From assembly GCA_002269645.1 (NCBI GenBank), contig NIVC01002582.1, positions 1 to 64,000 on the forward strand: DNA of 64,000 nt. Direction: 5' to 3'. The notes under the pieces are model-generated. The model worked only from the letters and a program-made list of their open reading frames with translations. It was not told where the DNA came from and did no database searches. This document shows, one piece after another, positions 48,701 through 60,700 of this stretch. The position numbers and the translations under genes were made by a program. Each line of letters opens with the position of its first letter. Position 1 is the first letter of the stretch. This DNA is from Macrostomum lignano (taxonomy: Eukaryota).

Positions 48701-51700
48701 TATCAATAGCAAATCCGTGAATGCCAAGTAGCAAATCCCGTGAATGCCAATTAGCAAATCCCATGAATGCCAATTAGTAACTCCCGTGAATACTGATTTG
48801 CAAATCCCGTGAATACCGATTAGCAAATTCTGTGAATACCGATTAGCAAATCCCGTGAGTACCGATTAGCAAATCCCGTGAATACCGATTTGCAAATCCC
48901 GTGAATACCAAGAGCAAATCCGTGATTGCATGCTAATCAGCCAATCCTGTGAACGCACTCCCCCGTCACAGATCTACATCGAAGCCGAGGCGGTGAACAA
49001 AGCCTTAGTATTGCTAAATTACAACTACGCAAAAACCTGGGAGAAATGCGAAAACTATTTCAACGCGTTGGATCGAGAAGCGGCCAAGACTGCGGCCAGA
49101 GGCTACCAGCATCAGCATCATCTGAGGCCCACTAGCACTGCCCCAGTTCTAGCCAATGTTAGTCCTCCAATCCGAATCCGTCAAGCCAAGGACGCCCCGG
49201 TGCCGGTGCAAACGGACGAGTCGTCTACAGTGTTTTTGCAATTGACGGTAATTGGTTGTCGTTCATCTTGGATTAATGCTGAGTGTAGGGCTCAGTATCA
49301 GTGTATCCGGGGAGTCCCATGGTTGGATCTGAGGTTTCCCGGGAATCTTATACATGTATCTTCATCGGGGGTTTCCCTCCCGGGAATATCATATTTTCAT
49401 TGGGATTTCCCTCTAGGAACTCCCATGTCTGCGCCCGGGGTTTCCCTCCCGGGAATCCCATATCCGTATTGGGGTTTCCCTGCCCGGGAATTCCATATCT
49501 GCGCCCGGGGTTTCCCTCCCGGGAATCCCATATCTATATTGGGGTTTCCCTGCCCGGGAATTTCATATCTGCGTGACTGCGTCTGGGGTTTCCCTCCCGG
49601 GAATCCCATATTTTTATTGGGGTTTTCCTACCAGAACCCATATTTTTATTGGGGTTTTCCTCCCGGGAATCCCATATCTTTATTGGGGTTTTCCTCCCGG
49701 AACCCATATTTTTATTGGGGTTTTCCTCCGGGAATCCCATATCTTTATTGGGGTTTTCCTCCCGGAACCCAATATTTTTATTGGGGTTTTCCTCCCGGGA
49801 ATCCCATATCCATATTAGGGTTTTCCTCCCGGGAATTCCATATCTTTATTGGGGTTTTCCTCCCGGGAATCCCATATCTGTATTGGGGTTTCCCTGTCCG
49901 GGAATTCCATATCTGCGTGAATGCGTCTGGGGTTTCCCTCCCGGGAATCCCATATTTTTATTGGGGTTTTCCTACCAGAACCCATATTTTTATTGGGGTT
50001 TTCCTCCCGGGAATCCCATATCTTTATTGGGGTTTTCCTCCCGGAACCCATATTTTTATTGGGGTTTTCCTCCCGGGAATCCCATATCCATATTAGGGTT
50101 TTCCTCCCGGGAATTCCATATCTTTATTGGGGTTTTCCTCCCGGGAATCCCATATCTGTATTGGGGTTTCCCTGCCCGGGAATTCCGTATCTGCGTGACT
50201 GCGTCTGGGGTTTCCCCCGGGAATCCCATATTTTATTGGGGTTTCCCTCCTGGGAATCCCATATTTTTATTAGGGTTTTCCTCCCGGAACCCAATATTTT
50301 TATTGGGGTTTTCCTCCCGGGAATCCCATTCTTGATTGACAAATAATCCATAAAATCACGACCCCGTGTCTCCAGGTGGAAGACTTCGGCATCGCCCTGC
50401 ACACCGGGTCAATCGCATGCGTGGACAAAGTGGACAGTCCCACAGCCCTGGTGCTAACGCTGGAATCCAGCCGCATCTCCGCAGTCTATAAAAACGCCTC
50501 GTTCGCTTCCGAAGGCTCCTTCGCTAATTTCTGTCTCCGTTTTGAAGACGATTTTAACCAATCCTCGGAGGACTGGAAGCCGGAAGTCTCAACGGTGTCA
50601 AATTTCGATCGGATCGTGTTCAACGCCTGCGCCGTGCCCGAAGGCTCGTTCAAAATCTGTTCTAGCAGTAAGAATTCCGACACGGAATTAGCCGCTACCC
50701 TAGTCAGGACTATGCTAGATTTCCACTGGCAAATGCACGGCTTGGACATTCATCTCGACATTAATATTGGCAAACGGCTTAAGCATCTGTTCTATACGTT
50801 GAAAAAGATTATGACTGGTGACGACAGCCAGACTGGCGGCGACTCCGGCCGCCCTGGCGACTCCACGGCGGCTACGGACCGGCAGACAGTGGTGAGCCAG
50901 ATTGATCAGCGCAAAGTGGAACTGGAGCAGTTGCTAGCAGACAATACTCTGGACTCCAGAGCCATTCAACTAGCTGGCACTAAAAAGATGGAGATCGACA
51001 ACTTTGAGGATATATTGTTAAAGCGTACGAAAAAGTCGTTAATTAGCAAGTTAAGGAAGCGCGGCAGGCAGCATTCAGTGTTTAATGAGGCCTCTGCTGG
51101 CGGGCTAAGCGGCGAAGTCGGTCCTAGCGCCGCAGGCGGCGTCGCCAGCGTTTCTCGGCGATCCAGCGACAGGTGAGCAAAAACAAGCTTTTCCCCTTAT
51201 TTTATATTCTATTTTAATTATAAAATTAGAAATTAAACTGCATGCTCGAATTAGACTACTTACCGAAACTTTTTGAGTAGAAATATTAGAATTTTATCGC
51301 AATATGATTTTAAAATCCATATTAATAAATTTTATAAATTCCATTTTTGCGTACTTTATTAAAGAAAATATAGCTGGAGTGGTAGTGGAGAGACTTCACT
51401 TTGGTACGTTGTGTCTCTGTGCATGCTGTAATTCTGTTCTTCGCATGTTTTTGTAGTTAATGAAAATTCGTTTTATTGTTTTTGCTTCTACTAGCATGAC
51501 GAACCTATACCGATATTTCCCAATCGTTTGTCTCATTATTCTCTCATTTTTTGGTTATTCATTTTCAGTTTCTCAGGCTTAGGCGCACTAATTCGATTGC
51601 GAAGGTATTTACCATAAATTGCGCACTGTCATTTTTCTATTGAGTAGCTTGGGTGTAAATTAATTTACTTCAGTCGGAGATTATACAGCTGAATATTATT

Positions 51701-54700
51701 TTTAACCCGGTTCTGTACTGCTACTCCAGTTTGTTGAGCTGCTTCTTACTAACAGGTGCTTAATCTAAGCATTTTTGAGCTTTTAATAAAAAACTGTTAT
51801 AATTAGCTTAGTTACTCTTAGATATTGTATTGCATATATACATGTGTATGCACTTTAATAGCCATCCAATCCCACTTTGAGAATCGCCCTCCAATCCCTC
51901 TTTGAGAATCGCCCTCCAATCCCTCTTTGAGAATCGCCCTCCAATCTCTCTGAGAATCGCCCTCCAATCCCTCTTTGAGAATCGCCCTCCAATCTCTCTG
52001 AGAATCGCCCTCCAATCCCTCTTTGAGAATCGCCCTCCAATCTCTCTGAGAATCGCCCTCCAATCCCTCTTTGAGAATCGCCCTCCAATCTCTCTGAGAA
52101 TCGCCCTCCAATCCCTCTTTGAGAATCGCCCTCCAATCTCTCTGAGAATCGCCCTCCAATCCCTCTTTGAGAATCGCCCTCCAATCTCTCTGAGAATCGC
52201 CCTCCAATCTCTCTTTGAGAATCGCCCTCCAATCTCTCTGAGAATCGCCCTCCAATCCCTCTTTGAGAATCGCCCTCCAATCCCTCTTTGAGAATCGCCC
52301 TCCAATCTCTCTGAGAATCGCCCTCCAATCCCACTTTGAGAATCGCCCTCCAATCCCACTTTGAGAATCGCCCTCCAATCCCACTTTGAGTATCGCCCTC
52401 CAATCCCTCTTTGAGAATCGCCCTCCAATCTCTCTGAGAATCGCCCTCCAATCCCTCTTTGAGAATCGCCCTCCAATCTCTCTGAGAATCGCCCTCCAAT
52501 CCCACTTTGAGAATCGCCCTCCAATCTCTCTGAGAATCGCCCTCCAATCTCTCTTTGAGAATCGCCCTCCAATCTCTCTGAGAATCGCCCTCCAATCCCT
52601 CTTTGAGAATCGCCCTCCAATCCCTCTTTGAGAATCGCCCTCCAATCCCACTTTGAGAATCGCCCTCCAATCTCTCTTTGAGAATCGCCCTCCAATCCCA
52701 CTTTGAGAATCGCCCTCCAATCCCACTTTGAGAATCGCCCTCCAATCCCACTTTGAGAATCGCCCTCCAATCTCTCTGAGAATCGCCCTCCAATCTCTCT
52801 TTGAGAATCGCCCTCCAATCTCTCTGAGAATCGCCCTCCAATCCCTCTTTGAGAATCGCCCTCCAATCCCTCTTTGAGAATCGCCCTCCAATCTCTCTGA
52901 GAATCGCCCTCCAATCCCACTTTGAGAATCGCCCTCCAATCCCACTTTGAGAATCGCCCTCCAATCCCACTTTGAGTATCGCCCTCCAATCCCACTTTGA
53001 GAATCGCCCTCCAATCTCTCTGAGAATCGCCCTCCAATCTCTCTTTGAGAATCGCCCTCCAATCTCTCTGAGAATCGCCCTCCAATCCCTCTTTGAGAAT
53101 CGCCCTCCAATCTCTCTGAGAATCGCCCTCCAATCCCTCTTTGAGAATCGCCCTCCAATCTCTCTGAGAATCGCCCTCCAATCCCTCTTTGAGAATCGCC
53201 CTCCAATCTCTCTGAGAATCGCCCTCCAATCCCTCTTTGAGAATCGCCCTCCAATCTCTCTGAGAATCGCCCTCCAATCTCTCTTTGAGAATCGCCCTCC
53301 AATCTCTCTGAGAATCGCCCTCCAATCCCTCTTTGAGAATCGCCCTCCAATCCCACTTTGAGAATCGCCCTCCAATCTCTCTGAGAATCGCCCTCCAATC
53401 CCACTTTGAGAATCGCCCTCCAATCCCACTTTGAGAATCGCCCTCCAATCTCTTTGAGAATCGCCCTCCAATCTCTCTGAGAATCGCCCTCCAATCCCAC
53501 TTTGAGTATCGCCCTCCAATCTCTCTTTGAGAATCGCCCTCCAATCCCACTTTGAGAATCGCCCTCCAATCCCTCTTTGAGAATCGCCCTCCAATCCCAC
53601 TTTGAGAATCGCCCTCCAATCTCTCTTTGAGAATCGCCCTCCAATCCCTCTTTGAGAATCGCCCTACAATCCCACTTTGAGAATCGCCCTCCAATCCCAC
53701 TTTAAGAATCGCCCTCCGGTCGCCTTCGAGAAATTACCTCTAATAGACTTAATTTTCTAATTACATGTACTTTGGTATTCAATCTGTTAGAATAATTCAC
53801 TACTTTTTAATTCTTTAAAGTACAATCGGTACTTTATAACAAAAAAGGCGATACATACAGCATACACGAACTTGTCAATCAAATTTGCTTTTGCTGGTTT
53901 GTCGGTTTTGCATCTTAAATGGTTTTGAAAAGTTTGGTATGAAATCAAAACAAGTTTTTTTTTCTATTTTAAGCGCTTCAGGCAAATTATTTATTTTGTT
54001 TATTTATTTATCCAACTTTGAAGCTTTTTCGTACGAGTAGTTTTTTGTCACCGGAATTAATTAGCAAATTTTGTAGAGTAGCATGTAAAGCGTTTTTTGG
54101 TTAAACTTGAAATTAACTTTTACTTCAGAGAAAGTTTAATATTCTAACTTCCATATAATTTCTTTAACGCAGGAATCTTGCTACTAGAAGTCAGCGGTTG
54201 CCACCGCAACGATTCAAGAGTGTCACCGAGCAGTCTGACGAATTCGGGTCTAGGTGAGTGGTGGTAATTAAGCTATGAAAATAGTTGATATTTACGGGAT
54301 TTTGCTGACTGATTATCTTTTAGAAGAAGATTTGGAGCTAAGAGAATAAAAGAGAAACAGAGATAAAAGAGAGGAAGAAAATGAGATAGGATATAGAGAC
54401 GGTGAGATAGGAGAAAGAGACACGTGAGATGAGAGATAGAGACGGTGAAATAGAGATAGAGACAGTAAGATAGGAGATAGAGACAGTGAGATAGAGATAG
54501 AGACGGTGAGATAAGAGATAGAGACGGTGAGATAGGAGATAGAGACGGTGAGATAGGAGATAGAGACGGTGAGATAAGAGATAGAGACGGTGAGATAGGA
54601 GATAGAGACGATGAGATAAGATATAGAGACGGTGAGATAGGAGATAGAGACGGTGAGATAGGAGATAGAGACGGTGAGATAGGAAATAGAGGCTGTGAGA

Positions 54701-57700
54701 TAGGAGATAGAGACTGTAAGATAGGAGATAGAGACTGTAAGATAGGAGATAGAGACGGTGAGATAAGAGATAGAGACGGTGAGATAGGAGATAGAGACGA
54801 TGAGATAAGATATAGAGACGGTGAGATAGGAGATAGAGACGGTGAGATAGGAGATAGAGACGGTGAGATAGGAAATAGAGGCTGTGAGATAGGAGATAGA
54901 GACTGTAAGATAGGAGATAGAGACTGTAAGATAGGAGATAGAGACGGTGAGGTAAGAGAGTCAGAATGTCAACTTAATCCTCCAATCCCCACCCCACGCC
55001 GTCAACTCAGCGATGACGTGTACTCGCACACCCTGGCAACTGTGCCATCGGCCGACGGCAGTCTGACCGCCGATTTGCCGCCAACTCCGCCGCCAAGACT
55101 TCGAAGTTTTGGCGCCGACGGTGCCGGAACCGCCGCATCCGGGGGCGTTGATTTTGACGAAGATTATTCACCCACATCGTCAGCTAATGAGCCGCTGCGC
55201 AGTCTAGACCTGTCTGTTATAGTTCGAGTCAACTCGGGCAAATGCCTGCTGCACCCGAGGCCGGCGGCGGCGAACGTCCGGCCGGGTCAGCAGCACGTCA
55301 AACCGTCTGTGCTGTCCGCTACGGCTTCGTGCGTTAGCGACTGCGGCGAGGAAGCCATTGGCGCTTTTGGCGGCCTGGAGAATCCGCAGCAGGATCGGGA
55401 GGAGCTGCTAGCTCGGTATAAGAAGTACAGAAGCTACCCTGGTCAGGTGAGTCTTCGCGGGGCTTTCGCCTCTCTTCAGACGTCCCCCATTTTTGGAGGA
55501 AATCCGCTCTTTCCGCACCCCCCCCATTTCTCGGAGGAAATCGGCTCTTTTCGCCCCCTTATTTTTGGAGGAAATCCGCTCTTTCCGCCCCCTCATTTTT
55601 GGAGGTAATCCGCTCTTTCCGCCCTCATTTTGGAGGAAATCCGCTCTTTCCGCCCTCATTTTTGGAGGAAATCCGCTCTTTCCGCCCCCTCATTTTTGGA
55701 GGTAATCCGCTCTTTCCGCCCTCATTTTTGGAGGAAATCCGCTCTTTCCGCCCCCTCATTTTTGGAGGAAATCCGCTTATTCCGCCCCCTCATTTTTGGA
55801 GGAAATCGGCTCTTTCCGCCCTCATTTTTGGAGGAAATCCGCTCTTTCCGCCCCCTCATTTTTGGAGGTAATCCGCTCTTTCCGCCCCCTCATTTTTGGA
55901 GGTAATCCGCTCTTTCCGCCCTCATTTTGGAGGAAATCCGCTCTTTCCGCCCCCTCATTTTTGGAGGAAATCCGCTTATTCCGCCCCCTCATTTTTGGAG
56001 GAAATCCGCTCTTTCCGCCCCCCCCTCACTTTTGGAAGAAATCCGCTCTTTCCGCCCTCATTTTTGGAGGAAATCCGCTCTTTCCGCCCCCCCCTCATTT
56101 TTGGAGGAAATCCGCTCTTTCCGCCCTCATTTTTGGAGGAAATCCGCTCTTTCCGCCCTCATTTTTGGAGGAAATCCGCTCTTTCCGCCCCCCCCTCATT
56201 TTTGGAGAAAATCCGCTCTTCCGACCCCCCCCCTCATTTTTGGAGGAAATCCGCTTTTTCTGCCCCCCCCCTTTGGAGGGAATCCGCTCTTTCCGCCCCC
56301 TCATTTTTTGAGAAAATCCGCTCTTTCCGCCCCCCTCATTTTTTGAGAAAATCCGCTCTTTCCGCCCCCTCATTTTTTGAGAAAATCCGCTCTTTCCGCC
56401 CCCCCTCATTTTTTGAGAAAATCCGCTCTTCCGCCCCTCACTTTTGGAGGAAATCCGCTCTTTCCGCCCCCCCCCATTTCTCGGAGAAAATCGGTTCTTT
56501 CCGCCCTCTCATTTTTGGAGGAAATCCGCTCTTCCGCCCCCCTCACTTTTGGAGGAAATCCGCTCTTCCGCCCCCCTCACTTTTGGAAGAAATCCGCTCT
56601 TTCCGCCCCCCCCCATTTCTCGGAGAAAATCGGTTCTTTCCGCCCTCTCATTTTTGGAGGAAATCCGCTCTTCCGCCCCCCTCACTTTTGGAGGAAATCC
56701 GCTCTTCCGCCCCCCTCACTTTTGGAGGAAATCCGCTCTTTCCGCCCCCCTCACTTTTGGAGGAAATCCGCTCTTTCCGCCCCCCTCACTTTTGGAGGAA
56801 ATCCGCTTTTTTTGCCCCCCTCACTTTTGGAGGAAATCCGCTCTTTCCGCCCCCCTCACTTTTGGAGGAAATCCGCTTTTTCCGCCCCCCTCACTTTTGG
56901 AGGAAATCCGCTCTTCCGCCCCCCTCACTTTTGGAGGAAATCCGCTCTTCCGCCCCCCTCACTTTTGGAGGAAATCCGCTTTTTCCGCCCCCCTCACTTT
57001 TGGAGGAAATCCGCTTTTTCCGCCCCCCTCACTTTTGGAGGAAATCCGCTCCTCCGCCCCCCTCACTTTTGGAGGAAATCCGCTCTTTCCGCCCGTCCCC
57101 CATTTTTGTGGAAATCCGCTCTTCCGCCCCCTCAATTTTTTAGTTTAAATCGAGCGTCTTCCGCCCCCATTTTTGGAAATCTACTTACGCATTTTTATCC
57201 ACACTAACATTCTTTTTTCGCCTAATATTACCTCGCAACAGTTTTACGATTCGTACCTTAATATTTACCTCATATCTGTCCAGGTCACCGAAATCACCGA
57301 ATTCGTCATCCCCGCGCTAGACGTCGATTGTCGCTACGTGTCTGACGCCGATTCGTCTACTCGCCGACGCAAGGACAACGTCTACGCTAGTATTGTCCTG
57401 CAGTCTTTGTCTCGCGAGATGCTGGTCAGGCCAACTCTGCTAGACTATTTGGAACAATCGTTGGAACCGTTGCCAACTTTTTTTACCGACGTATTCCCGG
57501 ACGATACCGGATCAGATGACAAGTCTACGGTGCTGACGGCGGCCGGGGATCGCGAGGATAGCTTTGATGTGCCAGTCGATGTTGTTGTTGCTATCCGAGT
57601 TGAACCGTCAACTGTGCGATTCTCCTGCACCAGCGTTGAATGCTCGATTCTCCTGCCGGAAGTGGATCTGGTGTTCTCAACGCAAAGGAATCAGGTTTGT

Positions 57701-60700
57701 AATTTGGAGAGGCATCTTAGCCGATATGTATCGAAACATATTTTATAGGGGTATAGGGGTTGTAGCCTAGTGGTTAGAGCGTCCGGCTCGCGACTTGAAG
57801 GTCGGGGGTTCGATTTCCGATCCCACTCGGAACAATTTGTGTCCTTAAGCAAGACGCTTAACTCTGCATTGCTTCAGTTCACCCAGCTGTAAAATGGGTG
57901 CCAGCATTAGCGGGGGGTAATTGAGGCTGTGTGTGGCGACCCCCCCCCAGTCCTTAGACTGAACAGCCGTACGCAGCCTTCAGATGCGCCGCGCAATAGC
58001 TGCAGCTGAGCTGTCGGTTGCACATCTGGCCATTAGGGCAGGTGTAGTCAATTTTTATTTTTATTTTCGGCTAAAAGTTTAGCCGATATGTATCGATAGT
58101 TATTTCATTTTTTGAAAATGATTCAGTTATTATTATATCACAACCAAGCCTATAACAAGAGGCTCGAATTATTTTTGCCGATATGTATCGATAATTATTT
58201 CATTTTCAAATTCTTATAAGACGACAAACCGAATAAAAATTATGACGTGTTTAATCGTACTACTTATAAACTACTCATTAATTCAAATTTCTCAGGAGGG
58301 CCCAAATCCGACTACATCTGGCGGCGGCCTGCTGGCCTCGTCGTCTCCACATCGACCGCAGTCTCCCCAACCCGGTCTGAGCGGCTCTGGCACAAGTTTG
58401 GCCAGTCGGACACTGTCCGAGAGCAGCGGCCTCCGCATGACCGGCTGTCTGCGCGGTTTCTCAGTCTACGTCTATCGAATCAACGTACTGCAACGCGATC
58501 GCGAACGGAGCAGCTTCGATCCGGCTAAGCACGGCGCCGATTCGCCCCTACAGTTGATTGTACGCGACATCTGCGTCGATTTGTCCCGATCAAGAGAGGC
58601 CGCCGTCACTGTAGACAGAAGTGGAGTCTCCCGATTGCACAATAAAATCACGCTTAGCGCTCTGTGTTCGCTATCTGATGCTAAATTTGAGCACAATGTT
58701 GTTATGCTCTCGGACATCCTCGAATTTCCAAAGAGCTGGTATCGTCGGGCTCTGGTTAGGTAAGATGTTAAAACGTGGCGATATGTATCGAAAAATACTT
58801 TTTGGCAACATGTATCATAAAATACTTTTCGGCGATATGTATCGAAAAACTTTTCGGCGATATGTATCGAAAAATACTTTTCGGCGATATGTATCGAAAA
58901 ATACTTTTTGGCAGTATGTATCAGAAATGCGTCTAACGTGTCTAAAAAAATTCTGTGCTTTCCTGTTTGTTTCAGGCGCCTATTTCTTGGTGAAGAGTCC
59001 AAACCGCAGGTGTCCTCAGCTGCACCGGCCGCCAAATCAACCTGGGAGACTCTGGTCCTATTCAGCATGTCGGTGGACACGGTCCAGGTGCGCCTGTCGC
59101 TATTAAAAACTCTTGGCACGGTGGTCTGGGAGACTCGAGACCTGCGCACTCACGGCCGCCTGCTCATGGACTCGAATGAATCGCCGCAGCTGCAGAGCAA
59201 CGATTGGAAAATGGCGGTGACCATTGGTCGATCCCAGCTGTCTACTACTCAAATTACCAGCTCTATTCAGGTAATTATAGTAGTTCCATGGCCGATATGT
59301 ATCGAAAATTCGTTTCTTAGACAGAAAAAGTTTCAAAATTTATCGAAACGTCACAAAACTTACCAACGAAGCACTCTTAGTTTTATAGCTGATATTTCCT
59401 AATTCCGATATGTATCGAAAAATGTATAATTAAATTTAAACATCAGTTTAGTATCGGCACTGCACGTACCGATATGTATCGAAATTTAACGCCGGTTTTT
59501 ATTGAAGACAAGCACTATGTTCCTATGAATTAAAAAGAATTCAGTGCAAATGAGTTTTTTTGGACCAATTGTTAATGTATTTTTATGTATGTTGCTAAAT
59601 GCATGAATGTGTAATGCTATCAACATTTATTTGGCTATATATTACTATACTCGTCATATGCCGATATGTATCAAAGAATAGTATATCTCAATGCATACAA
59701 TATAAGCAAGAAGTATTTTTAGGACGCCGTAGCCCAGTGGTCTGTTGCGGCGCTCTGATGTGCCTGCGGGCCAGGCTCGATTCCAAGTGCAGTCACATTA
59801 ATTTGGGGCTAAATTGGAATCTCGGCTTGGCTCTGCTCGAGCAATTAACGGCCTTGAGAGCCAACCCCCCATGGCACAGTGAAGTGTACATGCCTAACGA
59901 TAAATAAAGTTAGGGCCGCTGTGAACTCCTGTGTGAGTGTGTGCACACAGCCCCTGTATATAATATAAAAACCAGCATTTAATATTTATACGCCTATATG
60001 TATCGAAATTACCGTATGCAGGTGGCTACCTTTCTGCAAAATCTTCACGCCTGGTGTCACGTGCTCGAACCGCGCGGCTCGGCGCCGAAGCATTCGTTTG
60101 GCGTCCAACTATCCGCACTGGAGCTCAATCTGCAGTTCCTAGGCTTGCACATCCTGTTTGCACAGCTCAGCGGCTTGGATGCTTCATTCCGGGACCAGTG
60201 GATTGTTCGGGATAGCACAGACGATCATGTTGGCACTCAGCGACCTCTGTCCGTGTCAGTCAGCGGTCACCTAGTCTGGGACCAGATGCACTTGCTAATG
60301 AACCAGTACACCTCGTCTCACTTAGTTAGCACCTTCGATAAATTACACAATTTCTACGCCACCTCTTTTAAGAAGCCATTTGTTGAGCTTAATGACGAGT
60401 TTAAATTCACCATCGAAGAGCTGCCTGGCAAGAGGAACAGCCAGTCCAAAGCTGAGCACGGGGTGCATCATCGGCACTGGCAGGTAGGAGCAAAATTTTT
60501 TGTGCGAAATATTCATTTTTACTACTGTGTACACGATGAGTAGTTTAGTTCAGATATTATCCTTAATTTTGTCCACAGATGCTAAAATTACAACTAACAA
60601 TTTAACTAGATGTACACAAGCGAATGAAAGACCTAGAGGGCAGGCTCAATCTAGCTGAGCCAATGAGAGAGCAGTAAGGAGAGAGGTCAAAGTCAGACGG

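Noticed and set aside
51808-53700. 580-630-aa repeat-protein ORFs on the minus strand
   Set aside because: Open in all three frames because the monomer lacks stops; intronic and antisense to BLTP1.
24745-57175. Regularly spaced repeats resembling CRISPR arrays
   Set aside because: No unique spacers, no cas genes, eukaryotic spliced-gene context.
55493-57207. Overlapping [15 protein letters not shown] ORFs, and similar ORFs at 205-1466, 20038-20925, 22391-22966, 35403-36165, 49301-50402
   Set aside because: Translations of intronic minisatellites.
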